From a virus (Duplodnaviria > Caudoviricetes): a stretch of 31,006 nt of DNA. Below are positions 7,819 to 17,319 of the stretch, one piece after another. Positions within the stretch are counted from its first letter, which is position 1, and every line of letters begins with the position of its first letter. The stretch is taken from positions 1 to 31,006 of IMG/VR virus record IMGVR_UViG_3300037484_001948. One strand, given 5' to 3'. The position numbers and the translations under genes were made by a program. The notes below the pieces were generated by a model. That model was not told where the DNA came from and did no database searches. It worked only from the letters and a program-made list of their open reading frames with translations.

Positions 7819-10800
7819 TTATTTACCTACCTTTTTTTCCTCCTTGAGATCATCCCATTCCAAAGCTACGTTTTTTAATACAGGACTTGTTCCTGAAGTT
7901 GAGGCCAAATCAACGGCAAACTGGTGTTCTCTACATCGTCCGTCTGGTATTATAATCCTAGCCTCAGTTTCGTCTGCAGTTGTTACCGCTCCCAATGCCG
8001 TCCAGTCAGTATCACTATCTAGTTTATACTTAATATCTATGGATTGGCCTGATTCAAGAGGATCAAAGACGGCAAGAAGCGTATTAGCCCGCTGTTCTTT
8101 AAACATCATGTTGTTATCGTCAACCAAAAACTCAATCGTTCCATCACCAAAGCAGTCATTGTCAGCGTCAACATAATCTATCCCATATCCTACGTTATCC
8201 TGCCGGCCGATTAATAATTTCTTATTGACAACAGTCAGAAAACCTATTTTTACTCCCGTACTTGTTCTTGTTCCGGTTGAAATGGGGTAGTCATAAGTTA
8301 AGGCGTCAGGATAGCGGATATTCTTTTTGCCGAAAGTATAAACTCCTCTTTCAATTTCTGTCGAATCTCCTCCGCCTGCTACACCAATACGCATTAAAGA
8401 CTTCCAAACTGTTATAGCCTGCGGTAAAACCTCAACGTATTTATTCTCGGTAGTTTTAGGAATTTTTGTTGCAGGTTCAAACTCACCGCCGTTAAATTTA
8501 AGTATCTCTCCTTGGTAACCTACTACTGCATATAACTTATCCTTTGTCCCGCATAGGGCATTAACTCCACCTTCGGGAACATCCCTGAAAAAGTTATAAG
8601 TTGGAGCTATCCCGTCCCAAAAATATACACGTCCTTGGTCAGTATCGTATATATTGCTTCCCCTTGTAACGCCTATAGCTAAAAACTCCTGCCAGTAGCC
8701 ATAACACCGCACCCTATATCCCGCCGGTAAGACAATTTTATTTGGTTCATAGGTAGTTGCTTCGTATTTTGCTATATACCGCTCATTTCCAATTACCAAA
8801 AACTGTAACATTTTAGCCATAGGATGGAAAGCCGTATCCTCAACTAAAAACTGGTAGTAAGTCCTGTATGAAACAGTTGACAGATCGTTTAGATCAGTCG
8901 TTGTTACTGTTCCGTCAGCTACAGTTGATGTTACGTGAAAATGATAAGTATTTGTAAAGTTTGTAATAGGGCGCCAGACCGTGTCAAAAACAAACTCGGT
9001 ATAGTCTCCGACCGTTATGTTGGCATTGGCTAATGTTTTTGAGGCAACCGTATTATTATATTGGTCATGGACGGTTAAAGTCCAATTGCCTGTGCCTTTA
9101 GCTACCACTAAAACTGCAACAGACTTTTGCGGATCTTTAGCCGGTGTAAATGTTTTTCTATTGGCTGCAGTTTCCGAGATCGTTGTTGCCAAAGTATAAG
9201 TATTGCCTGTAGTTGTTGCCGATTGGTCTATGTCAAGCCTTGTCGTAGGAGAAGGATAAGGAACGTCGGTTGAGAAAACAGGCGATCCTGATGCCGTTAA
9301 GTCATTACTATTGCTTGTTGCATCGGCATAGTCTCCATTGAGGTTGTAATAAGCGACTAGTCCAGGAGTGGCTGACGGTATTTGCTGGTTTATTCCTAAA
9401 CTAAAATCATCTTGAGATCTGGCTGTATTGAATACCCTTACCTCATCAATCAACCCGTCAAAAAAGTTAGCTGCATCTCCGGCATCGTCTTTACTCATCC
9501 CTACCTGAAAGGTGGCGCTATTTGAGTCAATAGACGCAGCAGTACAGGCTACGGTTCCCAAAGATACGCCGTTTAGATAAAAAGTAGCCTCATTATCGGT
9601 AAAATTAAGAGAGACCGCTACATGTTGCCAACTATCAGTTACAAGACTTGCAGTTTTAGATAATGTTTCTACCGCCGTTCCATCATCTGAAACTAAAAGC
9701 CTTAATTGGTAAGAATCGGTTGATGCCGCTAACGAGTTGTCTTGTGTTGCGTCTATAGTTGGAGTTGTGGTTCCTGTGTAGGAAGTGTAGTAGTCAATAT
9801 GAATCCGTCCCGATCCGCCATTTCCTCCATTCTGTAAGCCGCCTGATTTTGTCCCGCCCGTTCCGCCTGATGCGGTAATTCTTGTTGTTCCTAACGTTCC
9901 CGTTTGTGTTTTAAGAAGAATTGATCCTCCCGCACCTCCTCCTCCACCGGCAAGCTCCCAGGTTGAAGAATACTCGCCGCCGTTTCCTCCGTTTGCAGAA
10001 ATTAATCCGGCCGCTCCCATTGTCAGGGTGGTTGCTGTGATAAAAACAATCCCTCCTCCCGATCCGCCTGCTCCTATTGCCTCGCTTGTTGTTCCTCCAT
10101 TATTCCCGTCATTTGCCCCACCTCCTCCTCCACCGCCAAATAATATAGAGGTTAAATCAGCTGATCCTGTAATAGTAGTGGCGCCTGCTCCGATAATTGA
10201 CCCTGAATCGGCAGGATATGGAGCCTTGTTACCGCTTACCCCAACTGTCGCATTAGAGCCTCCGCCACCGCCTGCTCCTCCACCTTCACCCCAGCAGTAT
10301 CCGGCGCCACCACCAGAGCCGTTTGCCGCTGTAGCGTTATCTGTCGTACTCCATCCACCTAAATCACCCTCGCCCCTGTTTCCGTAAACGGCTGTAACCT
10401 GCGCCCGTGCCATACCTCCCCTAAAGCCTCCGCCTGAAGTATAAACTGCGGTATAGGTTCCGTAAGAATTTGTATAAGTGCCGTTTGAGCCGGAAGCTGA
10501 TATTGTTCCGTTAACCGTAACCGTTCCTGAGGCTAAAAAGGCTAGTATCCCTCCCACTGTTCCGTTCCATGCCTTAGCCGTCCACGTTACTCCCGCATTA
10601 ACCGTTACGTTGGTATATTCTTTTAAGACCAAAACCTGAGCGCCAGTTGAGTATGTAGCATTAAGGGTGGTTTCAAGGGTAATTGTCCCTGCCGTATAGG
10701 CTTGAATCTTGTTTCTCATCCGTGTTCCCGCTCCTGTTCCTTGGGACTGGTGGATAAATATAACCTGACCGGCAGCAAATGAAGTGTTTGTAGCTGAAAG

Positions 10801-11550
10801 TGAGGTTGTATTAATTGTTCCCGTACAAGCGGAGTCAATTGGAGCATCGGTTGTATTAGTTGAGATAGTCAAGGCTCCATCCCCCCCATCTCCAAAGTAG
10901 CCTGAGGCGGCGTATAGATCAAAGTGGTAAGAGCGGGTTGCCCCAGACTCATCCCACTTGGAGGCGATGACCATAGCATTACCGGTTGTTGGCAGGCTTT
11001 CCGGCTTGATCTGGGCCTCAATAGCTAAGTTTCCTGTTATTTGGAGTGAGCCTGAAGATGCCCGTGAGGCATACTGGGATGATCCTGCCTCAAGATCAAG
11101 CGAGCTTGTATTAAGAGGCACGCCCCCCTGAGCGCCTAAAAAATCATCCGTAAATGAAGGTGTCCCTGATAATGACCCATAACGTCCGACAACTTTGTCT
11201 AGTGTATAGTACAAATAATCATCCTCGCCAAAGTAAGACAAACCATTTCCATGCGAGCTTGACACACGCCTAAGTAATGAATAAGAAGCAGCGGAAGTTC
11301 TTTTATATATATTTCCAACTTCATCGTAAATATATGTATCAAGGTTGCTGACAACAGTTTCAGACCATTTAGGTAGGGCCTCAATGACATTTCCTGATTC
11401 TTTGATAGTTTTTGGAAGCAAAGAAACCTGACGAGGATTTGACCTGACATCAATTGACCTGCCATGTGAATATGTATCCTGCGTTCCCTCGCTTTCATAA
11501 TCGGCAATCCCTCCGATAAACCGACTTATGCTCTTAACTTTCTTAGCCAT
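7819..11550 (-). CDS. tail nozzle/hub-like protein with inserted LamG (concanavalin A-like) and glycine-rich domains
   Basis: LamG motifs WQHVAV, FYLNG, FFDGLIDEVRVFN and GLVAYYNLN; Gly-rich GGGGG...GGSGRI block; beta-rich N- and C-terminal parts; follows the adaptor gene. Confidence 0.65.
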   Translation of the reverse strand: MAKKVKSISRFIGGIADYESEGTQDTYSHGRSIDVRSNPRQVSLLPKTIKESGNVIEALPKWSETVVSNLDTYIYDEVGNIYKRTSAASYSLLRRVSSSHGNGLSYFGEDDYLYYTLDKVVGRYGSLSGTPSFTDDFLGAQGGVPLNTSSLDLEAGSSQYASRASSGSLQITGNLAIEAQIKPESLPTTGNAMVIASKWDESGATRSYHFDLYAASGYFGDGGDGALTISTNTTDAPIDSACTGTINTTSLSATNTSFAAGQVIFIHQSQGTGAGTRMRNKIQAYTAGTITLETTLNATYSTGAQVLVLKEYTNVTVNAGVTWTAKAWNGTVGGILAFLASGTVTVNGTISASGSNGTYTNSYGTYTAVYTSGGGFRGGMARAQVTAVYGNRGEGDLGGWSTTDNATAANGSGGGAGYCWGEGGGAGGGGGSNATVGVSGNKAPYPADSGSIIGAGATTITGSADLTSILFGGGGGGGANDGNNGGTTSEAIGAGGSGGGIVFITATTLTMGAAGLISANGGNGGEYSSTWELAGGGGGAGGSILLKTQTGTLGTTRITASGGTGGTKSGGLQNGGNGGSGRIHIDYYTSYTGTTTPTIDATQDNSLAASTDSYQLRLLVSDDGTAVETLSKTASLVTDSWQHVAVSLNFTDNEATFYLNGVSLGTVACTAASIDSNSATFQVGMSKDDAGDAANFFDGLIDEVRVFNTARSQDDFSLGINQQIPSATPGLVAYYNLNGDYADATSNSNDLTASGSPVFSTDVPYPSPTTRLDIDQSATTTGNTYTLATTISETAANRKTFTPAKDPQKSVAVLVVAKGTGNWTLTVHDQYNNTVASKTLANANITVGDYTEFVFDTVWRPITNFTNTYHFHVTSTVADGTVTTTDLNDLSTVSYRTYYQFLVEDTAFHPMAKMLQFLVIGNERYIAKYEATTYEPNKIVLPAGYRVRCYGYWQEFLAIGVTRGSNIYDTDQGRVYFWDGIAPTYNFFRDVPEGGVNALCGTKDKLYAVVGYQGEILKFNGGEFEPATKIPKTTENKYVEVLPQAITVWKSLMRIGVAGGGDSTEIERGVYTFGKKNIRYPDALTYDYPISTGTRTSTGVKIGFLTVVNKKLLIGRQDNVGYGIDYVDADNDCFGDGTIEFLVDDNNMMFKEQRANTLLAVFDPLESGQSIDIKYKLDSDTDWTALGAVTTADETEARIIIPDGRCREHQFAVDLASTSGTSPVLKNVALEWDDLKEEKKVGK

Positions 11551-11551
11551 T

Positions 11552-12508
11552 TTAGGTTAGGGTAGTGGCCCAAACTTTATAACTTAAAGATTGTGTTTTT
11601 GGTTTTCTTTGGATTAGGCGCTGGTTATTGCGGTCGGCGTAATCCTTCATCAAACCAATCAAACCTCCGGCAACGTCTTTATCTCCTTCTTTTCTTGAGT
11701 TATTATTCCCGTCTCCTGTCCAAGACTTGTTATTCCACCATGTGGCTGTCGTTATATCGCTTCTCATTCCTGCGTAGTAGTCAGAGGCGGTGCCGTCAGC
11801 TAAAATAATATGTCCTTCCTCTGGAATTTCAGGTGACTGGCCTATTTTGTAAGACAGGGAAGATGCAGTTGCTCCCTCAAAACCATTCTCAAGAGTGATT
11901 GTTGTAGCGTTAGTGTAGCCCGCTATCCTGTAAAAGTAGCCTTCACCTGTATTGGTTGTAGAGGTTACACAAAACCAGCGTCCTGCCATAGCGGCAGTAA
12001 ATGCCGTGCCTGACCCTGTTATCGTAGTTGAGGCGTTTGTTGCAGTAACCGAGCCTGTTGTGTAATCCTCAACTGTTAAATTTCTATCTCTTAAGTGGTA
12101 GTTGAAAGTTATCGTATAAACAGCTTGCGGTATGGGCCAGATTCCAAAATCATCCCGCCTGGGATAGATAAACTGGGGGATAGTTGAGGCTTGGATGTCC
12201 ATTGCATTTAAGTTATCCCACGTAAATTGAGATGTTACGACAGATAGAGGGTAATTGACTGATCCGACAGTCACAACGCACCCCTCAACGTCAACGATGC
12301 CTGCTGGATAGTGGTAATATTGCTGGTCAGCGACAGTTGAGGCGGTTTTAGGCACCTGCGTCATGTAATTTCTCATCTTGGCCAATATCAATTGATACCT
12401 CTGTCCTAAATGAAATTTAAAGTCATTAATGATATTGGTATCGGAGCTTCCCGCCATACCGATATTTCGTAAATGTTGTTCTTTCAAGTCAGTATATGTA
12501 AGTCTAAT
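11552..12508 (-). CDS. head-tail adaptor-like protein (start uncertain)
   Basis: TVADQQYYHYP and GIWPIP...YTITFNY adaptor-like motifs. The frame is open to about 12511 with no ATG; candidate starts are TTG 12487 or ATT 12508. Confidence 0.6.
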   Translation of the reverse strand: MRLTYTDLKEQHLRNIGMAGSSDTNIINDFKFHLGQRYQLILAKMRNYMTQVPKTASTVADQQYYHYPAGIVDVEGCVVTVGSVNYPLSVVTSQFTWDNLNAMDIQASTIPQFIYPRRDDFGIWPIPQAVYTITFNYHLRDRNLTVEDYTTGSVTATNASTTITGSGTAFTAAMAGRWFCVTSTTNTGEGYFYRIAGYTNATTITLENGFEGATASSLSYKIGQSPEIPEEGHIILADGTASDYYAGMRSDITTATWWNNKSWTGDGNNNSRKEGDKDVAGGLIGLMKDYADRNNQRLIQRKPKTQSLSYKVWATTLT

Positions 12509-12514
12509 AGGTCA

Positions 12515-12673
12515 TCATTCTCCTTTCGCTATATTGGTAATTTTTAATATTAAAAATATCTTTTCATGCAATGCTCTATATCCAACAGTATCGCCTCTCC
12601 AATTCCAATTACCTACACCTGTCATTTTTCCCTTCCTATTTTCACTCATTTTCTTTTTGATCTCTTCTGGCCA
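12515..12673 (-). pseudogene. remnant of a NUMOD3-like homing-endonuclease N-terminus
   Basis: Translates WPEEIKKKMSENRKGKMTGVGNWNWRGDTVGYRALHEKIFLILKITNIAKGE*; no nuclease motif follows. Confidence 0.55.
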
Positions 12674-12674
12674 T

Positions 12675-12736
12675 AGATACAAAAAAAAGCCACCCGTTTG
12701 GGTGGCTTAAATTAGCCTAATAATTTAATTATATCA
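12675..12736 (-). promoter_or_regulatory. promoter-attenuator cassette E4
   Basis: TGaTATAAT-taaattatt-aGGCT AATTTA AGCCaccc-aaac-GGGTGGC + U-tract-gtatct-ATG. Confidence 0.85.
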
Positions 12737-12751
12737 TCTCCGATTGCTTGT

Positions 12752-13534
12752 TTATCTTGGGAATGGGATGATTCCTTCTTGGATAATATCTTTAAGAATT
12801 GCAACTGGTCCGACAGTAAAAGTTCCGCTTGAAGTGAATGTGTGAACAGTATAGCTTCCATCAGTTGTTATTGTTCCGCCTGTTACAATGTAGTCGGAAA
12901 AATCTGAAGTTGCATATCGTATAATCACTACCCCACTACCTCCATTACCGCCATTGCCACCACCTCCATCACCAGTATTAGTTGCCCCGTTTGATCCCGC
13001 AGCGCCATTGCCGTCACCACCCCTGCCTCCAGCTGCATATGTAACTGCTGAACCCGTAATTGAATTGGATGTGTCATTCCCTCCGGCTGCACCGGAAGCA
13101 GAATTAGCAGTCGCTCCTACGCTTCCATTACCACCGCCTCCACCGCCTCCACCATTCTCATAACTTCCTGCACCTCCATTGTTACCTTGGTTGCCTGTTC
13201 CTGGATTGTAACCCAACTGGTTGCCTGCACTTCCACCTCCTGATCCTCCGTTGCGTCCCGCAGCAGCACTTGTGTTATAGGTAGATCCGCCACCACCACC
13301 GGCATTAGCAGTAATCGTTGAAAAAACTGAATTATTTCCATCAGAGCCTTGTTCACTTCCGCTACCGCCACTACCGTCGTTGCCGACGGTTACTTCATAT
13401 GCTTGTTCTGAAACAGCAAATGAAGCGTTATACTGAAGTCCACCTGCACCTCCTCCACCTCCTCCATAGCCTCCTGCTCCGGCTCCTCCACCTCCTCCTC
13501 CACCCGCAACTACTAAAACTGCTACGTTTGGCAT
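12752..13534 (-). CDS. glycine-rich domain virion protein
   Basis: VLVVAGGGGGG, GGSGVVIIRY and YTVHTFTSSGTF motifs typical of phage Gly-rich tail domains. Confidence 0.75.
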   Translation of the reverse strand: MPNVAVLVVAGGGGGGGAGAGGYGGGGGGAGGLQYNASFAVSEQAYEVTVGNDGSGGSGSEQGSDGNNSVFSTITANAGGGGGSTYNTSAAAGRNGGSGGGSAGNQLGYNPGTGNQGNNGGAGSYENGGGGGGGGNGSVGATANSASGAAGGNDTSNSITGSAVTYAAGGRGGDGNGAAGSNGATNTGDGGGGNGGNGGSGVVIIRYATSDFSDYIVTGGTITTDGSYTVHTFTSSGTFTVGPVAILKDIIQEGIIPFPR

Positions 13535-13549
13535 ATTAAAAAGTTAGTC

Positions 13550-14950
13550 TTAAATTTCATAACCACACACGGTTACATAAACATTTCCCGCACTTGTAGT
13601 TATTATTAAATCAGCCGCATCCTCCCCTGAAAACCAAGGAGTAGTAAAGCTATGCGACCAACCTGAATTGGCAGCCAACTCGGCCTTCCAAATTGCACTA
13701 TCTCCAGCAGCCAAATCATCTTCCAAAGTAACTGTTGCCGCTGCGGATACTTGGATAAAGATGTCTGTCACATACCATCTTTTACCTGCTGCCGGCGACC
13801 AGATAATGCCATCGGTCGCTGCACCAGCTGACGTATAGTATTTTTTGACATGGGTAGTAGCAAGTGTCGCTAAATCTGATTGGTTTGGGATTATTGAGGT
13901 TACATCTACATCGCCAATATCCACTCCACTATTAGCGGCAAGTTTTCCTATGGCATTCGTTCCTGCTGGAAGTGCCGCAACAACATCGACCTGCATTTCC
14001 GAACCTGAAATAGCGTTGTCAAGAGTTCCGAGCGATACCACTGCAGGATCATCTGACGCCAGAGTTACCCTTTGGACACCTGCGGCTACTGCTCCTGCTC
14101 CACCTACAATATCAGTTCCTGCTATATTGCAATTAATATTCAAATAATTACCGTCAACCGCATTGTCTAAATTGCCGAGGGAAGTCGCCATATTGCCTGT
14201 ATCGGTATCTATGGCTGCCAAATTGCCAGCAGCGGTGTCGGGTAAGGTTGCCAAAGTTACATCATTATTAGTCCCTAAATTGACAAGAAGACCATCGGTC
14301 AGATCACCCCTCATTCTATCCCAACCAGTTTCGTTAAAATAATATCCTCTGTTATCAACTACTAAATCCTTTGAGGTATTGCTCTTCCCATCTGCTCCAC
14401 TGGTAGCATTTGCTAATTCGGTATTGCCAGTATATAGTGCAATTCGTAGGTTTGCGCCAGCATCTATAGAAAAAGGAACATAGTCATTGGCAGCATGAAG
14501 ACCAAATGCATTAGTAACAGAAAGTGTATTATAAACGCCCAACATAGCGACACCAATATCTCCTCCTGCAAAAGCTCCATTATCGGCTTTCCCTAAATTA
14601 GTAGCGGCTGATCCTGGCACAACAGCAGAAACAGAAACATCATTATTGTCTCCCAGATCAACTACTAAGCCACCGGCAGTTTCCAGTGCTGCCTCTATTT
14701 GCGACAAGTGGGTTGTTTGAGTTTGCTGTTCTACTAAGGTTGAGAGTCCTGTTGTATCAATTGAAGCATTGACATCTAGTTTCCCATCCGTTACAGTTGC
14801 CGCCTCACCGTCTGCATCAACTAAAGTTGTTTGGGTCAATAATTCATTAGTTGAAGGGTCAACTGCTACAAGTGTAGGAGTAGCCAGATCGGCACTGGAT
14901 ACCCCGATTAATGTAGGAACACGATTGTCATCCCTTTTAGCCTGTGCCAT
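13550..14950 (-). CDS. virion structural/fibre-like protein
   Basis: 466 aa, Ala/Asp/Thr-rich, internal repeats (LVVDLGDNNDV / LLVNLGTNNDV), ALPAGTNAIGK motif. Confidence 0.6.
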   Translation of the reverse strand: MAQAKRDDNRVPTLIGVSSADLATPTLVAVDPSTNELLTQTTLVDADGEAATVTDGKLDVNASIDTTGLSTLVEQQTQTTHLSQIEAALETAGGLVVDLGDNNDVSVSAVVPGSAATNLGKADNGAFAGGDIGVAMLGVYNTLSVTNAFGLHAANDYVPFSIDAGANLRIALYTGNTELANATSGADGKSNTSKDLVVDNRGYYFNETGWDRMRGDLTDGLLVNLGTNNDVTLATLPDTAAGNLAAIDTDTGNMATSLGNLDNAVDGNYLNINCNIAGTDIVGGAGAVAAGVQRVTLASDDPAVVSLGTLDNAISGSEMQVDVVAALPAGTNAIGKLAANSGVDIGDVDVTSIIPNQSDLATLATTHVKKYYTSAGAATDGIIWSPAAGKRWYVTDIFIQVSAAATVTLEDDLAAGDSAIWKAELAANSGWSHSFTTPWFSGEDAADLIITTSAGNVYVTVCGYEI

Positions 14951-15012
14951 ATATAAAAAAGCCCCGCTGGTTAGCGGGGTAAATTCCCTTAATATCTAAT
15001 TTAATTATATCA
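14951..15012 (-). promoter_or_regulatory. promoter-attenuator cassette E5
   Basis: TGaTATAAT-taaattagatatta-aGGG AATTTA CCCcgct-aacc-AGCGGGG-c + U-tract-atat-ATG. Confidence 0.85.
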
Positions 15013-15540
15013 TTTCATTATGTTATTTATTCGTTGAGCTTTGATTTCAAGTTGTTTCTCCTTCATGTCCAAAGCCTCTTTTTGTTGGTCTAAAATTTCC
15101 TTCCTTTTATCCAAAATCTTTCTTTCTTTAAGAAGCACCGCCTCTTTAGTCTGAAGCTCACCCCATTTTTTATCAAGATTGGCATATTTTTTATCTTTGG
15201 CGCTCAATATAGCCTCTTTTTTCTCGATTTCTTTTAACCTTTCCTCCTGTTTTCCTTCTGCTTCAACAAGCTCATCCAGTTTTCTATTTAATGAATCTGT
15301 TTTACATTTTATTTGACCGTTTTCCTTGTCAATATAGCTCTTCTGTTCGTCTATTTTCTGGTACTCAAGGCTAATCTTAACGTTCTGAAGCTCTATTTTC
15401 TTCTTTTCCTCGTTTAGTTTTTTCTCAAACTCATTCAGTTGTTTTGTCCTTTCCTCAACCTTATCGGCATCCTCCCTTAAAAGGGTAAAGTTTGCAATAA
15501 CCTGCTCTATCAACTTTTTTGTTTCCTCAAGTATCATCAT
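15010..15540 (-). CDS. coiled-coil protein
   Basis: 176 aa, Lys/Glu-rich heptads. Confidence 0.7.
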   Translation of the reverse strand: MMILEETKKLIEQVIANFTLLREDADKVEERTKQLNEFEKKLNEEKKKIELQNVKISLEYQKIDEQKSYIDKENGQIKCKTDSLNRKLDELVEAEGKQEERLKEIEKKEAILSAKDKKYANLDKKWGELQTKEAVLLKERKILDKRKEILDQQKEALDMKEKQLEIKAQRINNIMK

Positions 15541-15779
15541 AAATCAACCTCAATCTCTTTTAATATGGCGTTAAAATCATCCTCCCAGTTGGTTTTTATA
15601 CCCCGCTCGTTTAAAATCTCATCCGCTAGATGTTTTTTTATAAAATTAACCTGATCAGGGGGAAAGTAAGTTATCTCTCCAGCCTTCATTGTCAGAATAT
15701 GAGGATCGTTGTTATCATCGAGCCATTTATAGGAAAAATCTCTATTCAGCGGATTGTACAGAGGTATTTTTTGGCTCAT
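15537..15779 (-). CDS. hypothetical protein
   Basis: 80 aa; ATGA overlap; YNP...W motif shared with 15963..16571. Confidence 0.65.
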   Translation of the reverse strand: MSQKIPLYNPLNRDFSYKWLDDNNDPHILTMKAGEITYFPPDQVNFIKKHLADEILNERGIKTNWEDDFNAILKEIEVDL

Positions 15780-15966
15780 TTATTGTCATTAAAAGTTCTA
15801 ATCTTTCTTCAATTTTTTCAAATCTTTTGCAAAGCATCTTAACAAGCTCCAGTATTTTCCTGTTGGTTATCATACCTGCAACATCTAAGCGTTTAATTGT
15901 TGCATCCCACTGGTTAGGTTCTACCCTTACGCCTAGTATTGTTGATGCTTCTTCTCTAATATTCAT
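15742..15966 (-). CDS. hypothetical protein
   Basis: 74 aa; AAGGAGGT SD; ATGA overlap. Confidence 0.6.
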   Translation of the reverse strand: MNIREEASTILGVRVEPNQWDATIKRLDVAGMITNRKILELVKMLCKRFEKIEERLELLMTINEPKNTSVQSAE

Positions 15967-16571
15967 TGTGATACCTCCTTTAATATTTCTTTCTTTTTAT
16001 TTTTATTAATAGGATAGGTTGCCTCTGGTTCTTTGACAATTTGTACTTCCTCTATCTTTTTAGCTGGCCTTTCCATCTCGTCCAGTATCTGTTCCTCAAT
16101 CGGCCGTCTGTCAACTACGCCGTCTCCTTCAACTTCAGGAGTGTCAATTAATCCAAACTCCTCCTCAACTCCAAGCCAACATATCTTATAGATCTTTCTA
16201 ATAAGCTCGGTATTATCCGTTCGTGGCGCTTTATCGTATAACTTCTGCTTCATGTAAGGATCGGCTAAAAACTCTGTTCTACTGACTTCAGCCATACCCT
16301 CAAGCATTTTTTGAACACTACCATCAGCCATCTCGTTAATCAGTTTGTTTTTGATTTCACGGACGTATTTTTCAGCTAAATAGCGGTACATTACTCGTTG
16401 TCCTTTTCCCCATCCCATATCCTTATCTTTATGAGGAACAATGTGCTTGAACTTATCCCAGTCTAATGTGTAGTCTTCTGATGTAGGGTTGTAAACTCTA
16501 ATGAGGTCTTGAGATTTGCGGTACATTTCCCGTTTTACCGCTTCCGCTTGCGCAGATTGGTTTTTATCCAT
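15963..16571 (-). CDS. hypothetical protein
   Basis: 202-aa ORF in operon context. Confidence 0.75.
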   Translation of the reverse strand: MDKNQSAQAEAVKREMYRKSQDLIRVYNPTSEDYTLDWDKFKHIVPHKDKDMGWGKGQRVMYRYLAEKYVREIKNKLINEMADGSVQKMLEGMAEVSRTEFLADPYMKQKLYDKAPRTDNTELIRKIYKICWLGVEEEFGLIDTPEVEGDGVVDRRPIEEQILDEMERPAKKIEEVQIVKEPEATYPINKNKKKEILKEVSQ

Positions 16572-16591
16572 AGTTTAAATTAACTTAAATT

Positions 16592-16774
16592 TTAACTGGC
16601 TGTTGAAACAGCTTCTGGTTTTGGTTGATTTTCCGGTAATAATTCAGGATTTTTAATATGTTTTTGTAGCTTAATGACAATAGGGATAACGACTTGAGCG
16701 TTTTTCAAAGAATAGGTAAGCTGAAAAAGAAGGCTAACGATTATCTTTAGCTCATCTTCGCTTAGTTCTACCAT
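16592..16774 (-). CDS. hypothetical small protein
   Basis: 60 aa; TATAAT 9 nt before the ATG. Confidence 0.55.
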   Translation of the reverse strand: MVELSEDELKIIVSLLFQLTYSLKNAQVVIPIVIKLQKHIKNPELLPENQPKPEAVSTAS

Positions 16775-16811
16775 ATATAAATAATTATACTTTTGGCGCC
16801 TTTTTTTGCTA

Positions 16812-17318
16812 TTAAGAAGTTGATGCTGTTACATCTCCATCTGTTGACCACGGAACCCATAGACAGTAATAATCTATCACACCACTTTCTATATCTGCTC
16901 CTCCGGCAATAGTCATAATAATATCTTGTCCGTTTAAGGCATATTCTGGAAAATTATCAGCAGCGGCTGCTTGTTCTCCTAATATAAGATACGCTCCAAC
17001 TGTTGCATTATTTGCTACAAAATCCCCTGCATTTATGTCCGCAGCTGCCTCAGTAGGTAGATAAATGGTGGTTGCTCCTGCTATTCCAACGGCGTGCGTG
17101 CCTGATCCTGCTAAGTTCGTAGTACATATACCAAAAACTCTTGCACGAATAACACCAGTAATGGTAAAAATAGCAGCACCATCTAAAGCGCCTCCATCAT
17201 TTCCCCAAGCATCTGTAGTTGCACCTGCAAATGTTATTGTTTTTTTGGTAATAATTCCATCAGTCCAGACAGGAACACGATTTGCGTCTCTGTAAAAACT
17301 AGAACTTAGTGTAGCCAT
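16812..17318 (-). CDS. virion structural protein (beta-sandwich-like)
   Basis: 168 aa, Ala/Gly/Thr-rich; lies in the head region. Confidence 0.6.
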   Translation of the reverse strand: MATLSSSFYRDANRVPVWTDGIITKKTITFAGATTDAWGNDGGALDGAAIFTITGVIRARVFGICTTNLAGSGTHAVGIAGATTIYLPTEAAADINAGDFVANNATVGAYLILGEQAAAADNFPEYALNGQDIIMTIAGGADIESGVIDYYCLWVPWSTDGDVTASTS

Positions 17319-17319
17319 A

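Noticed and set aside
12512-12517. TGA TGA read as sense (genetic code 4 or 25), fusing the NUMOD3-like fragment to the adaptor
   Set aside because: TGA is used as a normal stop in many genes here, often in ATGA overlaps, and long genes are intact under code 11.
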